Shown: piece after piece, positions 55,594 through 63,780 of the stretch
How the letters are laid out: every line of letters starts with the position of its first letter
How positions within the stretch are numbered: position 1 is the first letter of the stretch
NCBI GenBank assembly: GCA_964581105.1
Contig: CAZOMB010000004.1
Span: 672 to 64,671, forward strand
From: Candidatus Micrarchaeota archaeon
GTDB taxonomy: Archaea > Micrarchaeota > Micrarchaeia > Anstonellales > Anstonellaceae
DNA length: 64,000 nt
Direction: 5' to 3'
Notes under the pieces: model-generated
The model's database searches: none
The model's input: only the letters and a program-made list of their open reading frames with translations
What the model was told of the DNA's origin: nothing
Program-made: the position numbers and the translations under genes

Positions 55594-56546
55594 CGTTTCC
55601 CAAGAGAAGTAGGCATGTTAAGCCCAGTGAAAATTGCCATTGCCTGAAGCTTGCCTGCAAAGCTTTCTTCCATCCTTGCGCCATAAATTACATTTGCATG
55701 CGGGTCTATCTGCTCTGTCAAAAGCTCTCCTGCCCTTGTTGCATCGCCAAGCGTCAGGTCAGCACCGCCTGTAATATGCAAAAGAACGCCTTTTGAGCCT
55801 TCTATGTCAACGTCAAGCAGCCTGTTTTTCAGAGTGTTTTTCACCAAATCATCCACCCTTCCAACGCCAGCTGCCTCGCCAACTGCAATCATTGAAATTC
55901 CTCCCCCTTGTGCAACTGTCCTGACATCCATATAATCCAGATTCAGAAGGGATGGCTCAAGTATGGTTTTTGAAATGCATCTTACAGCCCTTGCCATTAT
56001 CTCGTCAAGAAGCTCAAATGACTTTTCAATTGGCATGTTAGGCGCATACTCTAAAAGGCGGTTGTTGTCAATAAGCACAAGTGTGTCTGCAACTTTTTTC
56101 AGGTTTTCAATTCCTTGCTGAGCCTTTTGCAGCCTTGCCCTTTCAATTGTAAAAGGATAAGTTACAAATGCTATTACTATTGCGCCCTGCTCTTTTGCTA
56201 TTTGGGCAATAACCGGAGATGCGCCTGTTCCAGTTCCGCCCCCCATTCCGCATGTTATGAAAACAAGGTCTTTGTCAGACAGTATTTCCTGTATTTTCCT
56301 TTTTGAAGAGGTTGCTGCCTTTGCTGCAACCTCAGGAAAGCCCCCAGCCCCAAGGCCTCTTGTGACTGCCCCTCCGATAAGGCAGCGCTTTGCCTTTTCA
56401 GAAACAATGTTAAGGTGCTTTTTGTCTGTATTAAACGCTGCAAGCTCTGTTTTTCCAACTCCCATCCTGACTAGCCTGTTTATTGTGTTGCAGCCTGCTC
56501 CTCCAACTCCTGCTACTGCGATTGCTGGCTTGCCTTCCTCATCCAT
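55590..56546 (-). CDS. FtsZ/tubulin-family GTPase (second paralog, FtsZ2/CetZ-like, 318 aa)
   Basis: AVAGVGGAGCNT and GMGGGTGTGASPVIAQ are the tubulin/FtsZ signatures. Confidence 0.8.
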   Translation of the reverse strand: MDEEGKPAIAVAGVGGAGCNTINRLVRMGVGKTELAAFNTDKKHLNIVSEKAKRCLIGGAVTRGLGAGGFPEVAAKAATSSKRKIQEILSDKDLVFITCGMGGGTGTGASPVIAQIAKEQGAIVIAFVTYPFTIERARLQKAQQGIENLKKVADTLVLIDNNRLLEYAPNMPIEKSFELLDEIMARAVRCISKTILEPSLLNLDYMDVRTVAQGGGISMIAVGEAAGVGRVDDLVKNTLKNRLLDVDIEGSKGVLLHITGGADLTLGDATRAGELLTEQIDPHANVIYGARMEESFAGKLQAMAIFTGLNMPTSLGKR

Positions 56547-56593
56547 TCTCCCACCTAGGGAAAAAGAACAGACAAACTATAAAAATCAGGTGC

Positions 56594-57142
56594 TCAGGCT
56601 TTTCGCATGTTTGGGAATGGGGAAGGGCCTATTGAGCTTGCCTTTACATCAGGGACAAGGTCGGAAATGCCAATAAGGGCAGCATTCTTTCTCTTTTCAG
56701 CAAGGTTAAGAAAGTCCATATGCTGATAGTCTTCCAGCTGCTTCTTAAGGCCTTGTGCAATCTTGTCAAACAATGAAACGTCATAATAAGCCTGCGCCCT
56801 CTTTGTGTCAGGGTTAAGCATCCTTTTGTTGTAATCAGAAATGCGAAGCACATATTTGTATGCCTTGTCCTCCAAGAGCCAAAAACTGACAACAGGCCCA
56901 GGGAACTGCCCGCTCTTTTTAGCCATTAATAGGATGTGCTCAGAATGCTCTGACTTATCATAAAGCTTTGCTGCAAATTTGCAGTTCTTGTTTTTGAAAT
57001 TAAAGTAAAAAGAATAATAGTTGGAAATTGTTTCCATGAGCTCGTGCTTTAATTTTGCTTTTGGCTCGCCTGAAGCATACTCAAGAAGCTTTAGCTTGTA
57101 GGAAACCTCTTTGTTAGGAGGTTTCATATGAACTTTACTCAT
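56594..57142 (-). CDS. Hypothetical protein
   Basis: It is a 182-aa ORF. A TATA-like TTTATAT overlaps the first ATG, so the true start may be the Met at 57127 on a leaderless transcript. Confidence 0.4.
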   Translation of the reverse strand: MSKVHMKPPNKEVSYKLKLLEYASGEPKAKLKHELMETISNYYSFYFNFKNKNCKFAAKLYDKSEHSEHILLMAKKSGQFPGPVVSFWLLEDKAYKYVLRISDYNKRMLNPDTKRAQAYYDVSLFDKIAQGLKKQLEDYQHMDFLNLAEKRKNAALIGISDLVPDVKASSIGPSPFPNMRKA

Positions 57143-57204
57143 ATAAACACACCAACCAATTTACTACAACATACAGTATTTAAAGGTTGTGCTTCAGAAT
57201 TGCT

Positions 57205-57474
57205 GACGGCAGGATAGGTCAGGAGAGTAGGGGCCTCCTTTACTACAAATCCCCTTTGGTAGGGCCGAATGTCCGGCAGAGTCTCAGGTGAGGCTGCAAG
57301 GCTCAGGCTTTAAGCGTCGACGTTTTGCCTTGCCGGACGGTTCATTGTGCCAAACGGGTCAGGCCGGAAGGAGCAGCCCTACGCATTCTGTCCCGTGCTG
57401 GCAAGTACCAAGACTGAGCAGCGGTCTGATTCACCTTGCATTTTTGTCTTTGGCCCTCTGGAAATCCTGCCGCA
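57205..57474 (+). ncRNA. Signal recognition particle RNA (7S RNA), about 270 nt
   Basis: GGGUCAGGCCGGAAGGAGCAGCC matches the universally conserved SRP helix 8 region (GGUCAGGUCCGGAAGGAAGCAGCC). The 5' CGGCAGGAU (57207-15) pairs with the 3' AUCCUGCCG (57464-72) to form helix 1. GCUGCAAGG pairs with CCUUGCA in helix 5. A TATTTAAAGG box lies at 57177-86, about 25 nt upstream. Confidence 0.7.
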
Positions 57475-57516
57475 CACTAACTAGTTTTGAAAAAAAGAAA
57501 GAAAAAAGAAAAAAAA

Positions 57517-58206
57517 TCAGTAGGGCATCTGAGGCATTCCTCCCATTGCCCCTAAGCCCATTCCTGCAAGCATTACTGCCAATGCAGCTGCAAGCATTGC
57601 TGCAAGAACTATTGCAACCACTATTGGAAGCAGTATTACTATTGCAGCTTTTATTGACGAGAGCTTGTGCACGCCTTTAATCAGCCTATAGTATGAGTAA
57701 AGTGCATACAGGGCGACAAGCAGTGCAATTAAGCTAAATGCCCAGCCAATGAATGGTATTGCTGCAAGCACTGTCAGAGGCGCATCAATCAGCGTATATC
57801 CCCCGAAAACCAAACTAATTCCAAGCGTCTGTTCCATAAAGCCTCCTTTTGCGCCAAGCACTTTTGCAATCACAAACAAAATTGCTGAGCCTATGAAAGC
57901 AGCGATTACCAGGAATATTGGGGTTACTATTACTCCGGGAAGCATGAACATTGCTGTTGTCATCCCTCCGCTGATAATAGTAGCAATGAAAGAAGCAGCC
58001 CAAATCACCACGCCTGCAATGGCAAGGTGCACTATTATTTTTCCAGCATTAGAATCCTTCTTGTTTGCGTCAAACTCCTTCATAGGATTAAAGTATGCAG
58101 AAGCCCAAGTCATAAACCTGGATTTGCACACAGGCATGTTTGACATAATTCCCATCACAAAGTCTTCTACAGGCGCAAGAGCACCTGATTTTGTCTTACC
58201 TGCCAA
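57517..58206 (-). CDS. Yip1-domain-like integral membrane protein
   Basis: It has 5 TM helices after a soluble N-terminus and a Gly/Ala/Met-rich C-terminus. A T-rich terminator follows on the minus strand. Confidence 0.45.
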   Translation of the reverse strand: MAGKTKSGALAPVEDFVMGIMSNMPVCKSRFMTWASAYFNPMKEFDANKKDSNAGKIIVHLAIAGVVIWAASFIATIISGGMTTAMFMLPGVIVTPIFLVIAAFIGSAILFVIAKVLGAKGGFMEQTLGISLVFGGYTLIDAPLTVLAAIPFIGWAFSLIALLVALYALYSYYRLIKGVHKLSSIKAAIVILLPIVVAIVLAAMLAAALAVMLAGMGLGAMGGMPQMPY

Positions 58207-58221
58207 TAAACCACCTCAACT

Positions 58222-58434
58222 TTATTTTCGGAATTTTTCAGAATAGCATTTTTTGCAAAAGCTGTGCACAAAGCCTGAATTGTCAATGTGCTGCTTTTGG
58301 GTTTGCTTGCTAAGCTCTGTTTTGCATATTTCACATGCAAGGTAATTGTTGTACATTTTTGCCCCTCTGCCACAAATCAGCCCAAAAGGGCTTAGAGGTA
58401 TTTTTCGGCAAACAAATAAAAGCTTGCTTTCCAC
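58222..58434 (-). CDS. Small zinc-ribbon protein. The likely start is the internal Met at about 58356.
   Basis: Two Cys pairs are present (CEICK ... CKKCY). Confidence 0.35.
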   Translation of the reverse strand: MESKLLFVCRKIPLSPFGLICGRGAKMYNNYLACEICKTELSKQTQKQHIDNSGFVHSFCKKCYSEKFRK

Positions 58435-58449
58435 CTAAAAGCCTTGTGC

Positions 58450-58592
58450 TGGGGTCGCATAGCCCGGTTAGTGCGGCAGGTTGCTAACCTGTTGGGGATT
58501 TTCCCCTCGCGAGTTCAACGAAGCTTTTTCGGTTTGCCTAAAAAGCTTCAGCAAAAACCAGAAAAGCTCGAACAAATCTCGCCCCCGGCGCT
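58450..58592 (+). tRNA. tRNA-Ser (anticodon GCU) with a 57-nt non-canonical intron in the T-loop (58521-58577)
   Basis: The acceptor GCUGGGG/CCCCGGC has one G.U pair. The D-stem is GCAU/GUGC with a GG-containing loop. The anticodon stem is GCAGG/CCUGU with loop UUGCUAA. A 16-nt variable arm carries a GGGGA-UUU-UCCCC hairpin (class II). The T-stem GCGAG/CUCGC encloses a TTCAAAT loop only after removing the 57-nt insert, which itself forms a 10-bp hairpin (GAAGCUUUUU/AAAAAGCUUC). The discriminator is G and an oligo-T follows. Confidence 0.7.
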
Positions 58593-58702
58593 TTCTTTTT
58601 TGAAAGCGACGGACCAGTGGAGTGAAGCTCCAGTAGGGCCGGCGTTTTTTTTCAAAAGAAATATAAGCATGCCCATATAACAAAAATAGGAGGCTTGATT
58701 AC

Positions 58703-59032
58703 TTGGGAAAAATTGCATTCATACTTTCCGCAGCCCTTTTGCTGAATGTCCTGGCAGCAGCTACAATGCTTACCTCTGTCCAGGAAGCAGTTTCAGAGAT
58801 GTGCATAAGCCTGAAAAGCCTTTTGCCAGTGGTTGCAATGACAATGCTTATCCTCGGCGGGGTAATTTATGCTGCTGGGCAGATGATGGGTGCTGAGACA
58901 AGGGCAAGGGGAAATGTGTGGGCAACTGCCTGCTTAACAGGGGCATTGATTGCAATCCTCATAGTAATAGTCGCACAGCCTGTTCTTCAGATGATTTACG
59001 GTGACCTTGGCACAGTTGCCTGCGAGCTTTAG
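58703..59032 (+). CDS. Small secreted 2-TM protein, VirB2/TrbC-pilin-like architecture (paralog 1)
   Basis: A signal-like N-terminus is followed by two hydrophobic helices separated by the conserved loop AAGQMMGAETRARGNVWATA. Confidence 0.5.
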   Translation: MGKIAFILSAALLLNVLAAATMLTSVQEAVSEMCISLKSLLPVVAMTMLILGGVIYAAGQMMGAETRARGNVWATACLTGALIAILIVIVAQPVLQMIYGDLGTVACEL

Positions 59033-59100
59033 GGGAGCCGGCTCCAGTGCAGTTTAAAAAGATTAGCAACATTATTTTCTATAACAGATAAAGGAGGGAT

Positions 59101-59454
59101 TTGATGAGAAAATTAATGGTATTTGTGATGTTTGCAATGCTGGCAGCAACAGTTTTTGCCCAGACAGTTCCAACAAGTAGGATCTACGATGCAGCTGAGG
59201 CCTTGTACTGCGGACTTCGAGACGTCCTCCCAGTAATTGCAATGCTTATGATAATCGTTGCAGGAGTGATTTATGCTGCTGGGCAGATGATGGGTGCTGA
59301 GACAAGGGCAAGGGCAAATGTATGGGCAACTGCTGCTCTTACAGGAGCATTGATTGCAATACTGATTGTTGTAATTGCACCTTCTGTGTTCAGCATAATT
59401 TACGGAACAGGTTGGGAAGTGCCACCATGTTCTGGAATAACTTCAAGAAACTAG
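59101..59454 (+). CDS. Small secreted 2-TM protein, VirB2/TrbC-pilin-like architecture (paralog 2)
   Basis: It shares VIYAAGQMMGAETRARANVWATAALTGALIAILIV nearly identically with paralog 1. Confidence 0.5.
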   Translation: MMRKLMVFVMFAMLAATVFAQTVPTSRIYDAAEALYCGLRDVLPVIAMLMIIVAGVIYAAGQMMGAETRARANVWATAALTGALIAILIVVIAPSVFSIIYGTGWEVPPCSGITSRN

Positions 59455-59540
59455 GACCTATAAGTGGCCTTTTTCTTTTTTTCTATTTTTTCTTTTTACC
59501 TCTTCGTTATCCTTAAAAGGGTTGCCAGAGCATTCTGCTC

Positions 59541-60284
59541 ATGGCAATAGAGTTTCACTTGACTGCAAAGCCTAAGCTGAAAAAGCCTGTTCTTGTTGAG
59601 GGATTCCCAGGCTTAGGGCTTGTTGGCACTATTTCTGCCAGTTATCTTGTTGAAAAATTAAAGATGCAGCCCTTAGGGTATATTACAGGGGACAAATTCC
59701 CGCCATTGGCAGCAGTGCATGGCTATGTGCCTCTTTTCCCTGCAAGGATGTATTTTTCAAAAAAGCATAACCTCATAGTATTCATATCTGAGTTTGTCAT
59801 ACCAATAGGCGCAGTAAATGAGCTTGCAGACAAAATATATGATTTTGCAAAAAAGAACAAGGTTGGGAAAATAATCTCGCTTGGCGGCATAACAATCAAA
59901 GGGGTGCAGGACAAAGTATATGAAATCTCCTCAATTCCTGAGCTTACGAAAAAGCTTGAGAAAAGTGTTGGAGTAAAGCCAATAAAAGAAGGCGCAACTA
60001 CAGGGGTGACTGGCGTTCTTCTTGCAAAAGGCGCAATTGACAAATACCCTGTTATCTCGCTTCTTGCAGAGTCGCAAAAGGGATATATGGACCCAAAGGC
60101 AGCTGCAATGGTAATAGAAGCACTTAAAAAAATAGTCAAGTTTGACATTGATACCAAAGCTCTTGAAAATGAGGCAAAAATAATTGACAACAAGGTAAAG
60201 GACATAATGAGCAAGGCAAAGGCAGCGCACACTGAATACAAGAAAGTTGACGATGAAACAAGCTTAGGCTCAATGTATGGCTGA
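59541..60284 (+). CDS. PAC2-family proteasome assembly chaperone (PbaA/PbaB-like) with a C-terminal HbYX motif
   Basis: The N-terminal VLVEGFPGLGLVGTIS is a PAC2 hallmark. The C-terminus ...GSMYG is a hydrophobic-Tyr-X motif. Confidence 0.6.
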   Translation: MAIEFHLTAKPKLKKPVLVEGFPGLGLVGTISASYLVEKLKMQPLGYITGDKFPPLAAVHGYVPLFPARMYFSKKHNLIVFISEFVIPIGAVNELADKIYDFAKKNKVGKIISLGGITIKGVQDKVYEISSIPELTKKLEKSVGVKPIKEGATTGVTGVLLAKGAIDKYPVISLLAESQKGYMDPKAAAMVIEALKKIVKFDIDTKALENEAKIIDNKVKDIMSKAKAAHTEYKKVDDETSLGSMYG

Positions 60285-60347
60285 TTTTCCTGTAGAAAGC
60301 GTTTAAATTGTGCTGTTAGTGAAGCTAAGCCTAAAAGAGGTGTTTTT

Positions 60348-60950
60348 ATGGAACAGTACAAACTGCCTGACTTGCCTTATGAGTACAATGCTTTAGAGCC
60401 ATATATAGACGAGGAAACAATGAAGCTGCACCATGGCAAGCACCATGCAGCATATGTAAATGGATTGAATTCTGCCCTTGCAAAGCTTGAGGAGGCCAGA
60501 GAAAAAGGGGATTTTTCCAATATACAGGCTTTGACAAGGCTTTTGGCATTTCATGGGTCTGGCCATATAATGCACTGCCTTTTTTGGGAGAGCATGTGTG
60601 CTGCATCAAAAAGCAAAGAGCCAACTAATGGAGCGCTATTTGAAGCGCTTGTGCGTGACTTTAGCTCCTTGGAATCCTTTAAGAAACAGTTTTCCGCAGC
60701 TGCAGCAGCAGTTGAAGGAAGCGGATGGGCTGCCCTTGCATATGAGCCCAAGGCAAAAAAGCTGATTATCCTTCAGATTGAAAACCATCAAAAGCAGGTT
60801 TTCCAGGGAAGCGTGCCATTGCTTGTGCTTGACGTATGGGAACATAGTTATTATGTCAAATACCAGAACAGGCGGCCTGAATATATCAAAAACTGGTGGA
60901 ATGTAGTGAACTGGGAAAAAATAGAAAAAAGCCTGCAAAGCCAGGTTTAG
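60348..60950 (+). CDS. sod: Fe/Mn superoxide dismutase
   Basis: LPDLPYEYNALEPYIDEETMKLHHGKHHAAYVNGLN is the SOD N-terminal signature. DVWEHSYY is the C-terminal metal-binding motif. Confidence 0.9.
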   Translation: MEQYKLPDLPYEYNALEPYIDEETMKLHHGKHHAAYVNGLNSALAKLEEAREKGDFSNIQALTRLLAFHGSGHIMHCLFWESMCAASKSKEPTNGALFEALVRDFSSLESFKKQFSAAAAAVEGSGWAALAYEPKAKKLIILQIENHQKQVFQGSVPLLVLDVWEHSYYVKYQNRRPEYIKNWWNVVNWEKIEKSLQSQV

Positions 60951-60953
60951 GCT

Positions 60954-63776
60954 TTAGCAGACTTGTTCTGGGTCTGGGCACACAGGGTTTTGGCCTGGGC
61001 AGTCTGAGCATGGGTACTCGTCTTTCCATGCAGTTACTGGTCCAATGCAGCAGCAGCCATATGTGACCTGATTCATGCCGATTGAATAATACATGCTGTC
61101 AGTTTCAGCATATTTGCAGGTAGTATAGCACTGCTCTTCTGTCAATGCATTAAGCGCATCTTCAAGGTCTTGGTCTATTTTTGCCTCGCATGCCAGCCTG
61201 TCATTTTCGCCTTGTGCATATGAGTCAAGAGCATATGCAGAGCATTCTGCTGCGCAGTTTACAGGCACTGGGTCGCAGGCATCTCCTATTCCATCACTGT
61301 CTCGGTCACCTTGGCCTGGGTTGTAATCTCCTGGGCAGTTGTCATAGTCATCGCATACATTGTCCTCATCAGTGTCAATGCATACGCACAGGCAGTTTTC
61401 GCACACTTCATCCTGCATACAGTCTGAAGTCTCTTCGCACTCTTCACCGCCGTAGATTATGCCGTCGCCGCAATAAAGCTCATAATTGCACTCTGTGCAG
61501 TCAGCTGAGCAGCTGCCTTGTATTGTCTGGCCCTGCATTTGCATTATGCAGTCTGCATCGCTTTCACATGCCTCGCCTGACTCCAGTATTTGGTTGCCGC
61601 ACTCTGCTGCAGGAAGCTCACATGTGCAATACTCGCTGCAATATGCTTCTGCGCTGCACAAGCCAGTGTCATTGCCGTCGCACTCCTCTGTGCCTTCCCT
61701 GACCCCGTTTCCGCACTCTTGCACTGCTTCCTGGCACTGGTAATCATATGTGCATAAGTCCTGCCCAGTGCCTGATATGTTCACGCAGGCGCCGTTCAGG
61801 CATTCTTTGTGATAATTGACTGTTTCATTCGCCTGCTTTTTTGTGCATGTGCATGAGCTTGCATGGCACTCATAAGCTGCTCCTGTCATCCTGTCACAGT
61901 CATCTATGCAGGTCATTGTGCCAAGCTTGAAGTTGTTTATGTCTGTTTGTATTACTTCCCCTGTATTGTCTGCGCAGCTCACTTCCTCTCTCTTTGTGCA
62001 TGTGCATGAGCTTGCATAGCACTCATAAGCAGAGCCAAGCTGCTTTACACAGTCATCCTTGCAGGTCATTTTGCTTGCGTCAAAGTCATTTACATCTGTT
62101 TCAATCACTTTTGCAGTATGCTCTGCGCAGCTCACTGGCTCTTCTTCTGGCTTTTTGGTACAGGTGCATGAACCAGTGTTGCACTCATACTCATCTCCAA
62201 GAACGCTCTTGCAGTCATCTTTGCAGATTTGCGGCGGCTTAAAAGTATTCTTGTCTGTTGCATCAACTTTTTGTGTATTTGTTGCGCAGCTTATTGTTTC
62301 ATTCTTAGGAGTTTCGTTCTGTGGTGGTGTTTCATTTTTTGGGGGCTGCTCTTCCTTTCTGCAAACGCATGGAGGTATTATGCATTTCTCAGCCGGGTCT
62401 AAGCAAGGAATGCCAACTTCGCATTCCTCAAACCATTCAAGCACCTTGTTGCCGCACCATGCTTCCTCCTGAGGATAGCACATGCAGTCAAGCCAGCATA
62501 TGTCGGCTGCGTTTGGGCATGGGATTCCGACTTCGCACTGCTCAGGCGGCTGCAGCACCTTGTCCCCGCAATATGGGCCTGGCTTTCTAAGCTCGCGAAG
62601 CGGGCTGACTGCTGGGTTTCTTTCATATGAATTCATCAGAAGAGGGTCAAGCTGTGCTGGGGCTGACCACATTCCTGCCTCAAGGTATGAGTAATATATC
62701 TCTCCAGGGGGAATTGTCTGGCCCCACCATACAACAAGGCCAATTGACCTGTCTTTTATGAATACTAGCGACGGCCTGTCATCAGAATCAGAAAGCCCTG
62801 ATGAGACCAAAGCCTCTGCTGCAGGCGAATTAACGTCAGGCTGGTGGAATATGTCCTTGCCTTTTGCAAATGCGCTGTTTGCCTTTTCAGAAGCAGAGTA
62901 ATAAACGTCTGGCATTGCTCCGCTTGCAAATTTGCTTGGTGTTGCTCCAAGCTTCACAGAGTAAACAGTGCCAGAGTCAGGGTAAACTGCTGTTGTTTCC
63001 TTTTTTGTCTTTGCTGCTGCAATTCCTGTCCTTTGGTCTGTTGGCACATTGTTGTCAACAACAGCTGAGCCTGAGACTGCAACTGCATTTGACCATGCGT
63101 TTACTGCATATACTGCTGCATGCGCACCTTTGTTGCTTGTGAAAACAAGGTAATAGCCTCCATCATACTCGCTGTATGTGAGTTCAGGCAGGGAAACTTT
63201 TTCCACTTCGCCAATGTCTATCTTTTTTGGCAATGTCCAGTCTTTGCTGCTTACATAATAGGAATAGTAAAGCTCCTTGTTATTTCTCACCCATACTGCA
63301 AGTGCGTCTCCTGATGGGCCCACTGCAACTGTTGGGTCAGTGCCAATTGCGCTTTCCTTTATTTTTGCAGGAGGGTACCAGGCGTCATTTTGCCATATTG
63401 AATAGTAAATCATGCTCTGGCTGCTGTGCTCTTTTGACCAGACTGCAACCGCTGTCTTAAGATTTGAGGATACGTCAGGGTCATGGTCATTTCCAAAGTC
63501 AACTGCAATTGGCTTTGAGGTCTTGCCTGTGCTTGTATACCATGCTTTTGCGTCATGGTCCCAAAGGGAATACCAGATGTCAAATGTCTCATCCTTGTGC
63601 TGCCATACTGCTATTGCATCAGGAGACCTATCCTCTGAAACCTGAAGATATGGGCACCCTGACAAAAAAACAAAAGCAAGCACAGCAGAAATTAGAATTA
63701 TACCCTTGGCATACAAGCAAAACCACCCCGCACGAGATAGATTGAATGACAAAACCTTAAAAAGCCTGTGCTGCAT
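60954..63776 (-). CDS. Large secreted/lipoprotein-like Cys-rich surface protein with a W-rich repeat domain, tandem Cys-rich repeats and a TSP3-like Ca-binding repeat
   Basis: The N-terminus has a TM/lipobox-like LSGC. Three AVW...YYS.W...AW units follow. Three tandem copies of about 50 aa follow the pattern SCA..T..V..TD.N.F......C.DDC....G..YEC...SCTCTK. The motif CGNKVLEWFEECEVGIPC appears twice. DNCPGDYNPGQGDRDSDGIGDACDP is thrombospondin-type-3-like. Confidence 0.6.
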   Translation of the reverse strand: MQHRLFKVLSFNLSRAGWFCLYAKGIILISAVLAFVFLSGCPYLQVSEDRSPDAIAVWQHKDETFDIWYSLWDHDAKAWYTSTGKTSKPIAVDFGNDHDPDVSSNLKTAVAVWSKEHSSQSMIYYSIWQNDAWYPPAKIKESAIGTDPTVAVGPSGDALAVWVRNNKELYYSYYVSSKDWTLPKKIDIGEVEKVSLPELTYSEYDGGYYLVFTSNKGAHAAVYAVNAWSNAVAVSGSAVVDNNVPTDQRTGIAAAKTKKETTAVYPDSGTVYSVKLGATPSKFASGAMPDVYYSASEKANSAFAKGKDIFHQPDVNSPAAEALVSSGLSDSDDRPSLVFIKDRSIGLVVWWGQTIPPGEIYYSYLEAGMWSAPAQLDPLLMNSYERNPAVSPLRELRKPGPYCGDKVLQPPEQCEVGIPCPNAADICWLDCMCYPQEEAWCGNKVLEWFEECEVGIPCLDPAEKCIIPPCVCRKEEQPPKNETPPQNETPKNETISCATNTQKVDATDKNTFKPPQICKDDCKSVLGDEYECNTGSCTCTKKPEEEPVSCAEHTAKVIETDVNDFDASKMTCKDDCVKQLGSAYECYASSCTCTKREEVSCADNTGEVIQTDINNFKLGTMTCIDDCDRMTGAAYECHASSCTCTKKQANETVNYHKECLNGACVNISGTGQDLCTYDYQCQEAVQECGNGVREGTEECDGNDTGLCSAEAYCSEYCTCELPAAECGNQILESGEACESDADCIMQMQGQTIQGSCSADCTECNYELYCGDGIIYGGEECEETSDCMQDEVCENCLCVCIDTDEDNVCDDYDNCPGDYNPGQGDRDSDGIGDACDPVPVNCAAECSAYALDSYAQGENDRLACEAKIDQDLEDALNALTEEQCYTTCKYAETDSMYYSIGMNQVTYGCCCIGPVTAWKDEYPCSDCPGQNPVCPDPEQVC
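61830..62295 (-). repeat. Three tandem coding repeats of about 150 bp inside the 940-aa gene
   Basis: There is DNA-level repetition, e.g. tgtgcatgtgcatgagcttgcat(g/a)gcactcataagc at about 61845 and about 61998. Coordinates are approximate. Confidence 0.6.
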
Positions 63777-63780
63777 GTAG

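Noticed and set aside
57288-57680. 130-aa ORF
   Set aside because: It overlaps the SRP RNA and the 3' end of the Yip1-like gene. It is an artefact of GC-rich structured RNA.
58444-58680. 78-aa ORF and antisense 71-aa ORF
   Set aside because: They are superimposed on the intron-containing tRNA-Ser and its terminator.
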